A stretch of DNA of 64,000 nt from Chloroflexota bacterium (GCA_012798065.1 JAAZNW010000076.1:13858-77857), one strand, 5' to 3'; counted from the first letter of the stretch, positions 11,170-22,482 are shown. Notes: generated by a model from the letters alone, not told the origin. Numbers and translations: made by a program.

Positions 11170-12210
11170 TTATGACCGTCCGCGCATTTTGGGGTCTAAC
11201 ACATCGCGCAGGGCATCCCCCACCAGGTTCCAGCCCATCACGAAAAACACCAGCGTCAAACCAGGGTAAACGACGATATACCAGTAGTCAGCCAGGTTGG
11301 TGATCCAGTTGCGCGCGAAACTGAGCACCTGCCCCCAATCCGCGTAACCCATGGGAGTGCCGATACCGAGAAAGGACAGCGCCGCGAAGGAAAGCACCAC
11401 ATCGCCAATACCAAGCGAAGCCAGTACCAGGGTGGGGAAGATGGCGTTTGGCAGGATATGCTTAAACAAGATACGACCGTCTTTCACCCCGCACACACGC
11501 GCCGCCAGAATAAAATCGCGCTGTTTGACCGAGAGGATATCGCTGCGAATAATACGCGCGTAACCCATCCAGCCAAAGGTGATCATCGCCAGTAAGGCAG
11601 GAACCAGGCTCCTGCCAATGACCGGGGTCAGTACCGCCGCCATGATCAAGGCCATCATAATATAGGGTACAGTCATAAAAACATCCACAATGCGCATGAT
11701 CAGCTGGTCAACCCATTTGCCGTAATACGCAGAGACTGAACCAAGGATGATACCAATCATCACTGTAGCCAATACAACGATCAATCCAGTGCGGAAAGCA
11801 GTCCGGGAACCCCAGATGACGCTGTAGAATATATCATACTGCCCCTGGGCGGTTCCCATCAGGTGCACCCATTCATCCTTACCGGTCAGTGGTTTGTACC
11901 AAAAAGGCACCTCTGGTACATTTTGCTTCCACTCAGTGCCCGGTGGGCGGGGTTGACCGCTGAAGCCATCTCGCGGGATTTTGAAAGGGTCATCATTCAC
12001 CGGTGGAGCGATCAGCGGCGCAAAAACCGCGACGAAAATAAATATTCCAATCAGGATGAAGCCGATAATCGACGCGGGGGTTTTTAACAAACCCTTAAGG
12101 ATGCGATAGTTTTCAGGCCCAAGGAGTCTTTCCGCCCGGCTGATTTTGCGGTCCGGTACCACTTCTTTTAGCAGGGTGTTGTCACCTGTCGGTCTTGGTG
12201 TTTCAGTCAT
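11170..12210 (-). CDS. ABC transporter permease (DppC/OppC-like)
   Basis: 346 aa, multi-TM. BPD-transporter EAA-like loop (ARVCGVKDGRILFKHILPN). Confidence 0.88.
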   Translation of the reverse strand: MTETPRPTGDNTLLKEVVPDRKISRAERLLGPENYRILKGLLKTPASIIGFILIGIFIFVAVFAPLIAPPVNDDPFKIPRDGFSGQPRPPGTEWKQNVPEVPFWYKPLTGKDEWVHLMGTAQGQYDIFYSVIWGSRTAFRTGLIVVLATVMIGIILGSVSAYYGKWVDQLIMRIVDVFMTVPYIMMALIMAAVLTPVIGRSLVPALLAMITFGWMGYARIIRSDILSVKQRDFILAARVCGVKDGRILFKHILPNAIFPTLVLASLGIGDVVLSFAALSFLGIGTPMGYADWGQVLSFARNWITNLADYWYIVVYPGLTLVFFVMGWNLVGDALRDVLDPKMRGRS

Positions 12211-12220
12211 GTTGTTCTCC

Positions 12221-13285
12221 TCAGTCCAGGCGCACGCGCGGGTCTATGACGCCATACAATACATCGACGATCAGGTTAGCCACAATTAAGATCAGACCGT
12301 TAAAGATCGCGAACCCAAGTGTGGTGACCACATCCAGTTGTTGAGCCGCTTCGGCTGCCGCAGACCCGATGCCGGGGTAATTAAATACGGTTTCTGTAAT
12401 CACCACGCCGCCCAGCAAACCCACCACGCTCATACCAGCCATCGTAGCAATGGTCAGCATGGCGTTTGGGCGAGCGTGTTTATTGATCACATCTTTTTCT
12501 TTAAGCCCTTTAGCGCGTGCGGTGACCACGTAATCCATGCGCAGGGTTTCAAGCATCGAAGAACGGGTAACGCGCACAAAAGTTGCCCAGGTGATGTACG
12601 AAAGGGTCAGGATGGGCAGCACCATATGGCGCAGCGCGTCCCAAAGAATATCCAGCCGTCCATTCAGCAGCGCGTCGATGGTGAGCAATTTGGTGTATTG
12701 ATGAAAATTCCCCTGCATAATTTCCTGCGTCACCCAGTTTGAATTCTTCCCCGGCGGAAACCAACCCAGTTCCGCGTAGAAAAACATCAAGATCAGCAGC
12801 CCAAACACAAAGACCGGGAAAGAAGTGCCCACAATACTGAAGATCCTGGCGGCCTGGTCGATGACGCCATTCTGGTGAACGGCTGCCTGCACCCCCAACC
12901 AAATCCCTACTGAAAGCATAGGGAAGACCGTCCACAGCGCCAGGTCAAGCGTGTTAGGAAACCTGTTGGTAATAAGGTTAGCCACCGGTTGAGATTGAGA
13001 ACGTGAATAGCCAAAATCACCGTGCAAAATACCACCACTACGTTCTCCTGTAACCGGGTCAATCACGCCGTTCAACCAGATCCAATATTGTTGGTAGAAG
13101 GGTTTGTCTAAACCATAATGCCGGATAACACTTTGAATCTGTTTATCATTCTTGGGGAAGTCTTTTACATATAAGGCTGACCGCTCCACCGGGCCCAGGA
13201 ACTGAAGCATACCAAAGATGATCAGTGTAATGCCAAATAGCAGCACCGGGACCAGTAATAAACGGCGGATTATGTAGTTGGTCAT
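12221..13285 (-). CDS. ABC transporter permease (DppB/OppB-like)
   Basis: 354 aa. Starts MTNYIIRRLLLVPVLLFGITLIIF, typical of OppB/DppB. EAA-like loop ARAKGLKEKDVINKHARPN. Confidence 0.88.
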   Translation of the reverse strand: MTNYIIRRLLLVPVLLFGITLIIFGMLQFLGPVERSALYVKDFPKNDKQIQSVIRHYGLDKPFYQQYWIWLNGVIDPVTGERSGGILHGDFGYSRSQSQPVANLITNRFPNTLDLALWTVFPMLSVGIWLGVQAAVHQNGVIDQAARIFSIVGTSFPVFVFGLLILMFFYAELGWFPPGKNSNWVTQEIMQGNFHQYTKLLTIDALLNGRLDILWDALRHMVLPILTLSYITWATFVRVTRSSMLETLRMDYVVTARAKGLKEKDVINKHARPNAMLTIATMAGMSVVGLLGGVVITETVFNYPGIGSAAAEAAQQLDVVTTLGFAIFNGLILIVANLIVDVLYGVIDPRVRLD

Positions 13286-13368
13286 CGAAACACCTCAAAT
13301 CAGGTTTTTCTGTGCGGAATGGATTGAATGCAATTCAATGCATTGCGCAAAGAAAAATCAAGGTTTTT

Positions 13369-13393
13369 GCGGGAGCCTTTTAAAGGCTCCCGC
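13369..13393 (-). promoter_or_regulatory. Intercistronic stem-loop just downstream of the binding-protein gene
   Basis: Perfect 9-bp inverted repeat GCGGGAGCC / GGCTCCCGC with a 7-nt loop, 26 nt after the stop at 13419. No clean U-tract follows on the minus strand (AAAAACCUUGAUUUUU). Confidence 0.4.
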
Positions 13394-13418
13394 AAATAAC
13401 TTACAGAGCGGTTCTCGC

Positions 13419-15443
13419 TTACTCGACTAAGAACGTGAACAGCAGTACATCCTGTGACAGCGCCGGCAGACCGTAGTACAAGCGCAGCGGGCGGTCATTG
13501 GCTTCAGCGCAAACCTCAAAGCGTCCTTTGCCCAGGATAGTGGTATCGATGGTGCAGATGTTCTGATCATCAAGGTATTTGTTGGTCTCTGCGTCGTAGA
13601 ACTTGGCAACGCTCACCATTGGATCCACCTGGGTTGCATTTTCTCTCGGCACAGCGATGACATCAGCGTCACCAGCCTTAAGCGCGGCGAAGCGGGTACC
13701 GAATTCGGGAACGTCTTTGATAAGCACCTGCTTTAACGCAGCGGGGGTACCCCAGTAATTGTCATTGCGGAGCAGGGATACTTCTTCGCCCTGTGTCCAG
13801 TAATCCAATTTGAACGGGCCGGTACCATTGGCGATCGTGGTAAACGGATCGTCAGCAGACACCATACCATAGTAGTTCTGCCAGGTATCGCAGGAGCCAT
13901 CCCAACCACCTTTTTCGATGACCCATTCTTTATCCATAATGGAACCCCAGCCATTGGCGATGGTGCCAAGGAAGGGACCCCAGGGCTGTGCAAGCGTCAT
14001 CGTTACCGTACCGGTGGCATCATCAGCCACGATTTTAGACATTACAGTCTCGCAGGCGGCTTTCAGAACAGCCGGATCATTGGCCATCAGTGCTTCGCGA
14101 TCATCAGCAGAAGCGCCTTCATCGACGATCATGGTGATATCGTCGTTGCCGACACCGAGGAAAGGCTCCGCCAACATCCACTGCGGTGAGGAATATCCTC
14201 CCTGTAGAAGTCCACGCTGGAAGGAATATGCCACATCAGAAGCGGTCAGGTCGCCGCCCTCGTGGAATTTGACGCCTTCACGGATTTTGAAGGTCCAGAC
14301 AGTTCCATCATCTGATACTGAGTATTCAGATGCCAGCTGGGGAACATATTCGCTAGTGGAAACGCCATCATAGAAGACCAGGGTTTCGTACACGTTCTGG
14401 ACGATCTCTCCGCTGGCGGTGTCATAAGACAGCGCCGGGTCGAAGGTATCGGGTGAACCGGTGGTCATCACAGTGAAGACATCGGGGTTCTTGGCGTCTG
14501 CCGCTTTTGAGATCGGGTAGTAGTAAATGCTGGAGAAGATCGGGTTCATCACGCGACCCTGCACCCACTTCTGCTCGAAAGCGTGGGAAGTGGAGAGTAC
14601 CAGGGGAATACCAACTGCCTGATCATAATACAGCTTGTTAAATTCTTTGTAAACCTCGGCGCGATCCTCGAATTTCACCAGGCCCACACCCTTATCCAAC
14701 AGCGCTTTGAACTGATTCCTCAGGTCTTCAGGTAAATTCTGCCGACCGCCATAAGTGCCGGTGGTGTAAGGCTGGTACCAGTTGTGCGGGTCGTGGATAT
14801 CTTCAAGCCAGCCGCCAGTCATCATGGGCACCTTGTGGGCGCGTTGGGCAGCCAGATAGGAAGGCCACGGTAAACCGAGGGTCTCAACCACGAACTTTTT
14901 GTTCACTTTGCTGAGGTTTGAGTTCACGATCTCGGTGTAAATCTCGCGGGTGGTGTTACCGGTGTTGTAAAGCATCTGGAAGCGAAAACCCATTTCCCAG
15001 ATATCATCGGGATCTTCACCAGCCGGGATGCCGTCTTTGTCCACATCAGCCAGTTTGAACTCTTCCTCGCATTTTGCCAGGTCATACGTGTAATGCTCGG
15101 TATCGTTTGAATACCCCGGCATGCCAGGCAGAGAGAGGGTTAAGGATTGAACGGCTTCGCCCATGTAGACATCGTCGATGACTGTCTGATAATCGAAGCA
15201 GTAAGCCATCGCCTTGCGGACATGGACATCATCGAAGAATGTGGGCGGAATGCCATTTCCATCCAACTTATTGGAACCCAGGTAAGGGTTAAAAACAACC
15301 TCGACGACCTCACCAGGTTCTGCCACAGGGGGTTCTTCACCCGCAGGGGGCTCGGTCACAGGGGGCTTGGTTGGCTGGGCGCAGGCTGTAAGAATCAAGC
15401 TTACGACCATCAACAAAGCAAGCAGTACATATACCTTACGCAT
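13419..15443 (-). CDS. ABC transporter substrate-binding lipoprotein, family 5, with swapped (circularly permuted) module order
   Basis: 674 aa. Signal plus lipobox (LILTAC) and a Pro-rich linker. Residues ~47-313 carry the normally C-terminal module (FNPYLGSNKLDGNGIPP..VHVRKAMAYCFDYQ...IYYYPISK). Residues ~321-674 carry the normally N-terminal module (FTVMTTGSPDTFDPALSYDTASGEIVQNVYETLVFYDG...WTFKIREGVKFHEG). Confidence 0.8.
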   Translation of the reverse strand: MRKVYVLLALLMVVSLILTACAQPTKPPVTEPPAGEEPPVAEPGEVVEVVFNPYLGSNKLDGNGIPPTFFDDVHVRKAMAYCFDYQTVIDDVYMGEAVQSLTLSLPGMPGYSNDTEHYTYDLAKCEEEFKLADVDKDGIPAGEDPDDIWEMGFRFQMLYNTGNTTREIYTEIVNSNLSKVNKKFVVETLGLPWPSYLAAQRAHKVPMMTGGWLEDIHDPHNWYQPYTTGTYGGRQNLPEDLRNQFKALLDKGVGLVKFEDRAEVYKEFNKLYYDQAVGIPLVLSTSHAFEQKWVQGRVMNPIFSSIYYYPISKAADAKNPDVFTVMTTGSPDTFDPALSYDTASGEIVQNVYETLVFYDGVSTSEYVPQLASEYSVSDDGTVWTFKIREGVKFHEGGDLTASDVAYSFQRGLLQGGYSSPQWMLAEPFLGVGNDDITMIVDEGASADDREALMANDPAVLKAACETVMSKIVADDATGTVTMTLAQPWGPFLGTIANGWGSIMDKEWVIEKGGWDGSCDTWQNYYGMVSADDPFTTIANGTGPFKLDYWTQGEEVSLLRNDNYWGTPAALKQVLIKDVPEFGTRFAALKAGDADVIAVPRENATQVDPMVSVAKFYDAETNKYLDDQNICTIDTTILGKGRFEVCAEANDRPLRLYYGLPALSQDVLLFTFLVE

Positions 15444-15552
15444 TTTTTCTCCTCCTTGTGAGAACTTTTGAAAATTCGGTTACAGACAACAAATACGGTA
15501 TGGGCAGCATCTTCACCAGAATTGTCATCACCTCCTCGTGTTTACCCTTCGG

Positions 15553-16529
15553 TTAAATTTTATGACACGCCGCGAAATGTCCCGGCTCGACTTCCCGCCA
15601 TTCAGGTGACTGCTCCGCGCAAATCGTGTCCGCAAGGGGGCAGCGGGTGCGGAAGCGGCATCCTGACGGGGGGTTGACAGGGGAAGGTACATCGCCTTCC
15701 AGTATGATACGGCGGCGTTGCTCGTTGTAGGTAGGGTCGGCCACCGGTATCGCAGAAAGTAAGGCCTGGGTATAAGGGTGGAGGGGTTTGCGATATAAAG
15801 TGGTGCGATCCGCCAGCTCCACAAACGTACCCAGGTACATCACCGCTACACGGTTGCTGATGTGGCGCACCATTGAAAGATCGTGCGCGATGAAGAGATA
15901 GGTCAGGTTCAATTCTTGCTGGAGTTCTTCCAACAGGTTCACCACCTGCGCCTGGATGGAAACATCCAGCGCCGAAATGGGTTCGTCGCAGACGATGAAA
16001 GAAGGGTTTAAGGCCAGTGCCCGGGCCACCCCAATGCGCTGGCGCTGACCACCTGAAAACTCGTGAGGATAACGGCTGGAAAAATCGGGGTTGAGTTGTA
16101 CCATGTCCAGCAGAGAAGCAACTCTTTCATCAATTTGCTTGCTGTTATTTTCTCCAAACGCCATCAATGGTTCACCGATAAGGTCGCGCACGGTCATGCG
16201 CGGGTTAAGGCTGGCGTAAGGGTCTTGAAAGATCATCTGCATTTCTCGGCGCATCAAGCGCATGGGTTCAGGGCGTAACTTAACCAGGTTGGTATCTTTA
16301 TAGTAGACATTGCCAGCGGTTGGCTTATAAAGTTGTAAGATCGCGCGGCCCGTGGTGGACTTACCGCAGCCTGATTCGCCGACCAGGCCAAGCGTTTCTC
16401 CGCGTTGAATTGTGAAAGAAATGCCATCTACAGCGTGAACCACACCTACCTGGCGGCGGATGACACCACGATAGATTGGGAAGTGCATTACCAGGTTTTC
16501 AACCTTAATCAATACGTTGTTGTTGGTGG

Positions 16530-16533
<4 letters not shown>
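15553..16533 (-). CDS. ABC transporter ATP-binding protein (OppF/DppF-like)
   Basis: 326 aa. Walker [10 protein letters not shown], signature FSGGQRQR, Walker B FIVCDEP. C-terminal oligopeptide-transporter extension with Cys motif (CRFRTRCP). Confidence 0.9.
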
Positions 16534-17522
<989 letters not shown>

Positions 17523-17646
17523 TTATTGATCCTTGCAATAAAAATGATCACTTCTTAAAAAGCAGGTATCTTGTTAGTTTACCATAAACAGATGGTTTTT
17601 TGGCTGTAAAAATTGATCGGGAAAAATGATGGTTTTTCATAAAAAA

Positions 17647-18537
17647 TTAAATTGGCGGCTCTTCATTCACAGAAGTGCTCATATGCTTGTCTGTGCTCCC
17701 CAGCCGGATGGCTGGGTTTTCAAAGATGCGGCTGCAGGTAACCAGCTGGTTATAAATGACAGGGCATTTCACCCACTGTCCGTTAAAGTCCACCAACACA
17801 TCCACCTGGCCCAGCATCTCATCGTAATTGCTCATAATCAAACCATGTTTCTGGCTTACCACGTCTTTCACATGGTCGAAAGCGAACAGGCGCATTTTAA
17901 GCGCTGTTTCTTGCGGCACCTCCTGTCCTTCATGCGCCAGTATGAAATCGATCACTTCATCCACCTGCTGAACGGACTCTCTGAACCTTTTGTTGAGGAT
18001 TGAATCGCTAAAGTTACCCACCAGGCTAAATGAAAGAAAACAAACAACCAGTGGAACGATTAAGGAGAAGGTACCTGATGAAAACAGCGCCTGTTCGATG
18101 AGAATATTCTCGATTAGACCGATAATCAGCGAAACCAAAGCGATGACCGCAAAACTGATCCACAGGTTCTGGTATAACTCGTGATGGAATGGATACTGTA
18201 AAAAATCGCCAAGAGCAGGGTTAAATATAAAAATGATCCGGGGAGCCACCTTGATCGGCAGCCAGACCACCAGGTGGGCAAATAAAAGCGCCTGCAATAA
18301 CCAAAGCAAGAGGCTGAACCAGGCGCGCTCAACCCTCGCGGTCAACCAGCCGACCAGCGCACTGCTCACCAGCCCAATGACTAAACCCGGAACAAAATTC
18401 ACCCACGGAAAGACTCCGTGCGCGCAGGCCAATAAAAACGCGTCCACTCCCCAGGTAAAAATGGCGAACGCCAGCCCGGCAGCAAGGCCGTAAAGCAGCC
18501 CTGCTTTTTGTTTTCGTTTGCTCACTGCTGGTTTCAT
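17647..18537 (-). CDS. Hypothetical membrane protein (about 5-6 TM plus a soluble C-terminal ~100 aa)
   Basis: Long ORF with hydrophobic helices. No motif I recognise. GC is visibly lower (about 40-45% in sampled lines) than the flanks. ATG at 18537 has GAGG 9 nt upstream; the track ORF begins at TTG 18552. Confidence 0.55.
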   Translation of the reverse strand: MKPAVSKRKQKAGLLYGLAAGLAFAIFTWGVDAFLLACAHGVFPWVNFVPGLVIGLVSSALVGWLTARVERAWFSLLLWLLQALLFAHLVVWLPIKVAPRIIFIFNPALGDFLQYPFHHELYQNLWISFAVIALVSLIIGLIENILIEQALFSSGTFSLIVPLVVCFLSFSLVGNFSDSILNKRFRESVQQVDEVIDFILAHEGQEVPQETALKMRLFAFDHVKDVVSQKHGLIMSNYDEMLGQVDVLVDFNGQWVKCPVIYNQLVTCSRIFENPAIRLGSTDKHMSTSVNEEPPI

Positions 18538-18709
18538 CTTTACCAACCTCAAACCCGTGCAACCGGTGACCCTGGTTCGCTATCGATGTGTGGAGGAGAG
18601 ATTTTCATCATACACCGGTTTTTAAAAAAGTCAACATTTCCTGGTTTGCAACAGGCGTCACCCGGGCAGGGGGAGCCTCTTTCTGGTGATTGATGTCGAA
18701 TGTTGCGGG

Positions 18710-19621
18710 TTATTCATCGCCTACGCGCATGCGCAGGTAAGATTCGTATCTTTCTGCGCTAACCTTGCCCGCTTCGACCGCCTTTATTACAGCGCAGCCG
18801 GGTTCTTCATAATGGGCGCAGTCGTTGAACTGGCAGTGTTTCACCAGTTCGCGCAGCTCCGGAAAATACCCATCCAGCTCTTCAGGCTCGGTATCCCACA
18901 GCGAGAGTTTGCGCAGCCCTGGCAGGTCAGCCACGTACCCGCCGCCATCCAGAGGGAATAATTCTCGCACCACCGTGGTGTGCCTGCCCCTGTCTTTACG
19001 CGCGCTGACCTCCTGCACCGCCAGCTCCAAGCCGGGTTGTACGCGGTTTAAAAGGCTGGACTTGCCCACACCTGAAGGACCGGTGAGCGCTGATACTTTG
19101 CCGGATAGCGCCTCGCGCAATTCATCTACTCCTTCACCGGTGACCGCGGAAGTGTAGATAACCCGGTAACCCAACGGCGGGTAGATGCTGAATATCCGCC
19201 GGGCGTTGCGCTTACCTACGAGGTCCAGTTTGTTAGCAACAACAACCGCGCCCAACCCCTGTTTTTCAGCGATGACCAGGAAACGGTCGAGCATGCGTAA
19301 ATGCGGTTCAGGTGAAGCGCAGGCGAAAACCGCTACGATCTGGTTTGGGTTGGCCAGTAAGATCTGCCGGTATGTTCCGCGCGGGGTGGGATCCAGGCGC
19401 GCCAGTTCTCGCGCGCGAGGTTCGATGGCTTCAATCACCCCGCTGCCGTCGGGAAGGCGGGTAATGGCAACGTTATCACCGATGCTGATCACGTCTCCCT
19501 GGAAAGAGCGGCGCTTCAGCCGTCCGCGCAGTTTACACACAATCATCCCCCCGGCTGTTTGTACGTTGTAGAAGCCGGATTGGAAACGGGTGACAATGCC
19601 TTTCAGGGTTTCCGCGCTCAC
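18710..19621 (-). CDS. rsgA: Ribosome small-subunit-dependent GTPase A
   Basis: 303 aa. Circularly ordered GTPase motifs NKLDL then GPSGVGKSSLLN. C-terminal zinc knuckle CQFNDCAHYEEPGC. GTG start. Confidence 0.9.
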   Translation of the reverse strand: MSAETLKGIVTRFQSGFYNVQTAGGMIVCKLRGRLKRRSFQGDVISIGDNVAITRLPDGSGVIEAIEPRARELARLDPTPRGTYRQILLANPNQIVAVFACASPEPHLRMLDRFLVIAEKQGLGAVVVANKLDLVGKRNARRIFSIYPPLGYRVIYTSAVTGEGVDELREALSGKVSALTGPSGVGKSSLLNRVQPGLELAVQEVSARKDRGRHTTVVRELFPLDGGGYVADLPGLRKLSLWDTEPEELDGYFPELRELVKHCQFNDCAHYEEPGCAVIKAVEAGKVSAERYESYLRMRVGDE

Positions 19622-19623
19622 AT

Positions 19624-21804
19624 TTATTCGGTATCAGGCTCGGGGGTGCGGGTCACATAATAATCTGTTTCCCACCAATAGTACCTGCTGATCTCGCCGG
19701 TAAAGTAAGCCTCGATAACACGCCTGAAAACCGGCGCAGCGTAAACTGAGCCATCACCCGCGTTTTCCAGAATGACTGCCACCGCGATATCTGGTTTTTG
19801 CGGGTTGTTCGCATCAGTAAAGCCGGCAAACCAGGAGTGGGGGTCTTCTATTGAAGTGGTAGCAGTACCGGTTTTACCGAAAATCGGGGTCCTCAAGCCA
19901 GTGAAGCGGGTGTAAGCCGTGCCGCGCTGGTCACGCACCACCAGTTCCATTCCATCTTTCAACGCCTGCAGGGTTTCTTGGCTGACCGGGACCTTGTGAA
20001 GCACTTCTGGCTCGAACTGTTTCAGGACAGCGCCATCCACGCTGGTGATCTTTTCGATGATTTGCGGTCGGTAAAGCGTGCCACCATTGGCAATTGCCGC
20101 CACCATGTTGGCCGCCTGCAGCGGGCTCACCAGCATATCTCCCTGGCCAATTCCCATTTGCACCGCTGCGCCTTCAGTGGTGGGATCATTGATCTGCCCC
20201 ACCTCTTCCGCGACAGCGCCAATCCCGGTGGCTTCGCCAAGTCCAAACTCGCGCGCCCAATCAGAAAGATAGGTCGCGCCCTTCTGTCGGTAAAGGTCCA
20301 GCCCCAGGTGATAAAACCAGGGGTTGCAGGAACGCATGATTCCCTGCACCAGCGTGAGGTTGCCTGAAGGTGGTTTCTTTTTATCGAACGTCCAGTCATT
20401 GCCCACAAAGCCCGGCAGCTCGGTGTATTGGCTGGTACATTCATACCTCGAATCTGGTGTATACAACCCCGATTCGAGCGCTGCGGCTGCCGTGACCAGT
20501 TTAAACACAGACCCCAGCGGGTAAGCGGATTGTGCGGCGCGATTCCACAGCGGGCGTGCGTGGTCATTCACCAGGTCCTGCAGCGCCCACTGGCTGTTAT
20601 AGTTTTGCGGATTAAAATAATTTGGGTCGAAACTGGGGGAAGAAGCCATGGCAAGTACACGGCCGGTATCCACTTCCAGTACAACAATGGCGCCTGAGAA
20701 GCCATAGAGCGCTTTTTGCACCAGGATTTGCAGGTCTTTATCCAGGGTGGTGTAGATCATACTGGGTGGTTTTGGGTCTGTCTTACTGATCAAAGTATCG
20801 TAGGAACCATCCGCGTTGACCACATAAAGGTCACCCGCGGGTTTGCCTTTGAGGTATTCTTCACCCCATTTTTCAATCCCGGCTGCGCCAACCTTCTCGT
20901 CTCCGGCGTAGCCTTTGCGGCGGTAATCCTCATATTGTTCTGGTGAAATGCTCAGCAGGTACCCGATTACCTGAGGGGCAATTCCGCCGTCGTAATAATA
21001 ACGCGAGGTGTAGGGATTGACCGCCACTCCGGTGAAGGAATTCAAATAATTTGCGTAGCGGTTATAAGTTTGCGCTGAAACTTCGCCCAGTGGAATATAG
21101 GAGCCTCCTCCACGCTCAATGGTATCGCGGATCATATTTGAAGGAATGCCCGTCATAACCGTCAGGATCCCAGCCAGGTTGCCCACCTGGTCATCCGCGA
21201 TTTCATCCGGAACCACCCCGATTGCCACAGCTTCGGCTTCAGCAGCGATGATATTGCCGTCATTATCATAAATATCACCTCGCGTGGGGGAGGTGAGACT
21301 GAGCGCGAGCTTTTTCCCTCCGCTCAGTTCAGGCATGATCAATCCGCTTTCCCACTGTATCCACCATTTACCGTGATCTGCCAGCAGGCCCATTTCCATG
21401 CGGCGGATGATATCGCCGAACAAACTGGTTTTAAAAGACACCTGGTAACCCACCTTCGCCGAGGTGGGATTGACCAGCGTGGTGAGGATGCCGTATTCAA
21501 TTTCCCGTAAGGTCATATTGAGAGCGACATCCGTATAGGTTTTCACGAAATCCGCTTCAGAAATGGCATCGCGGCTGGTAGGCGCCAGCATGACGTACAT
21601 GCCGCTGTAATCCTGCTGATTCCATTTTTCCAGGTATTCCAGCACGGTCAGTGAAACGTCAGGCAATTGAGTGGTTTGCACGATAGGCGAAGGCAGCTCG
21701 CCGCCTGGTTCAATGGTGGGTTGCGCGCCATTGCTACAAGCGTTTAAAACCAAAAGAGCTGTGACCAGAATCTGCCAGGGAAATTTAAAATGGTTTATTT
21801 TCAT
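19624..21804 (-). CDS. Penicillin-binding protein 2-type transpeptidase with NTF2-like N-terminal domain
   Basis: 726 aa. Lipoprotein-like signal (LLVLNACS). Transpeptidase motifs SVFK, SCN and KTGT. Confidence 0.85.
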   Translation of the reverse strand: MKINHFKFPWQILVTALLVLNACSNGAQPTIEPGGELPSPIVQTTQLPDVSLTVLEYLEKWNQQDYSGMYVMLAPTSRDAISEADFVKTYTDVALNMTLREIEYGILTTLVNPTSAKVGYQVSFKTSLFGDIIRRMEMGLLADHGKWWIQWESGLIMPELSGGKKLALSLTSPTRGDIYDNDGNIIAAEAEAVAIGVVPDEIADDQVGNLAGILTVMTGIPSNMIRDTIERGGGSYIPLGEVSAQTYNRYANYLNSFTGVAVNPYTSRYYYDGGIAPQVIGYLLSISPEQYEDYRRKGYAGDEKVGAAGIEKWGEEYLKGKPAGDLYVVNADGSYDTLISKTDPKPPSMIYTTLDKDLQILVQKALYGFSGAIVVLEVDTGRVLAMASSPSFDPNYFNPQNYNSQWALQDLVNDHARPLWNRAAQSAYPLGSVFKLVTAAAALESGLYTPDSRYECTSQYTELPGFVGNDWTFDKKKPPSGNLTLVQGIMRSCNPWFYHLGLDLYRQKGATYLSDWAREFGLGEATGIGAVAEEVGQINDPTTEGAAVQMGIGQGDMLVSPLQAANMVAAIANGGTLYRPQIIEKITSVDGAVLKQFEPEVLHKVPVSQETLQALKDGMELVVRDQRGTAYTRFTGLRTPIFGKTGTATTSIEDPHSWFAGFTDANNPQKPDIAVAVILENAGDGSVYAAPVFRRVIEAYFTGEISRYYWWETDYYVTRTPEPDTE

Positions 21805-21813
21805 AGTTTCTCT

Positions 21814-22482
21814 TTAACCCACATTCTCGCCTGCTAAAATGCGTTTGAATACCGGGCACGCATAAGCCAGTTCCTTCTGGCACCGATAAGGCACGCGCTT
21901 GCGTACCCCGAACCCCAGTCGCCTGAGCGCCCGCTCGATATGGCACAGCGGCAGGCCCATGACGCTGGCATAACAACCAGAGATTTTTTCAACGGGATTG
22001 AACGTTTCATTCTGAATGGCGTAAGCACCCGCTTTGTCCAGTGGGTCTCCTGATTCGATATAATTGACAATTTCTTCTTCGGTGTAAGCCCGCATTTTTA
22101 CCCGCGTGGAGCAAAGTTCCAGTTCTGATATACCGCGTGAGGGCAGCGCCAAAACGATGGCTGTGTGAACCATGTGGTGGCGGCTGCGTAACTGGCGCAG
22201 CATGCGGGCAGCGTCATCAGCGTTGAGCGGTTTACCAATAATTTGGCTGCCATCTGTCACGGTGGTATCCGCTGCCAGGATAAGCGCATTAAAAGGTGCC
22301 TGGCGTTCACAGGCACGGGCTTTTTCCTGCGCCAGGCGCGAGGCATAGGCTGAAGGGTTCTCACCAGCACGTGGTGTTTCATCAATAGCAGCCATGGTTG
22401 TTGTAAAAGGCACCTCCATCCACGCCAGCATTTGCCGCCGTCGCGGTGAATTGGATGCCAGGACGATCATTGGTTCACTCAT
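21814..22482 (-). CDS. maf: Maf-family nucleoside triphosphate pyrophosphatase with Cys-containing C-terminal extension
   Basis: ASNSPRRRQML start motif and GAYAIQ block. About 40 extra C-terminal residues (CHIERALRRLGFGVRKRVPYRCQKELAYACPVF...). Confidence 0.85.
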   Translation of the reverse strand: MSEPMIVLASNSPRRRQMLAWMEVPFTTTMAAIDETPRAGENPSAYASRLAQEKARACERQAPFNALILAADTTVTDGSQIIGKPLNADDAARMLRQLRSRHHMVHTAIVLALPSRGISELELCSTRVKMRAYTEEEIVNYIESGDPLDKAGAYAIQNETFNPVEKISGCYASVMGLPLCHIERALRRLGFGVRKRVPYRCQKELAYACPVFKRILAGENVG

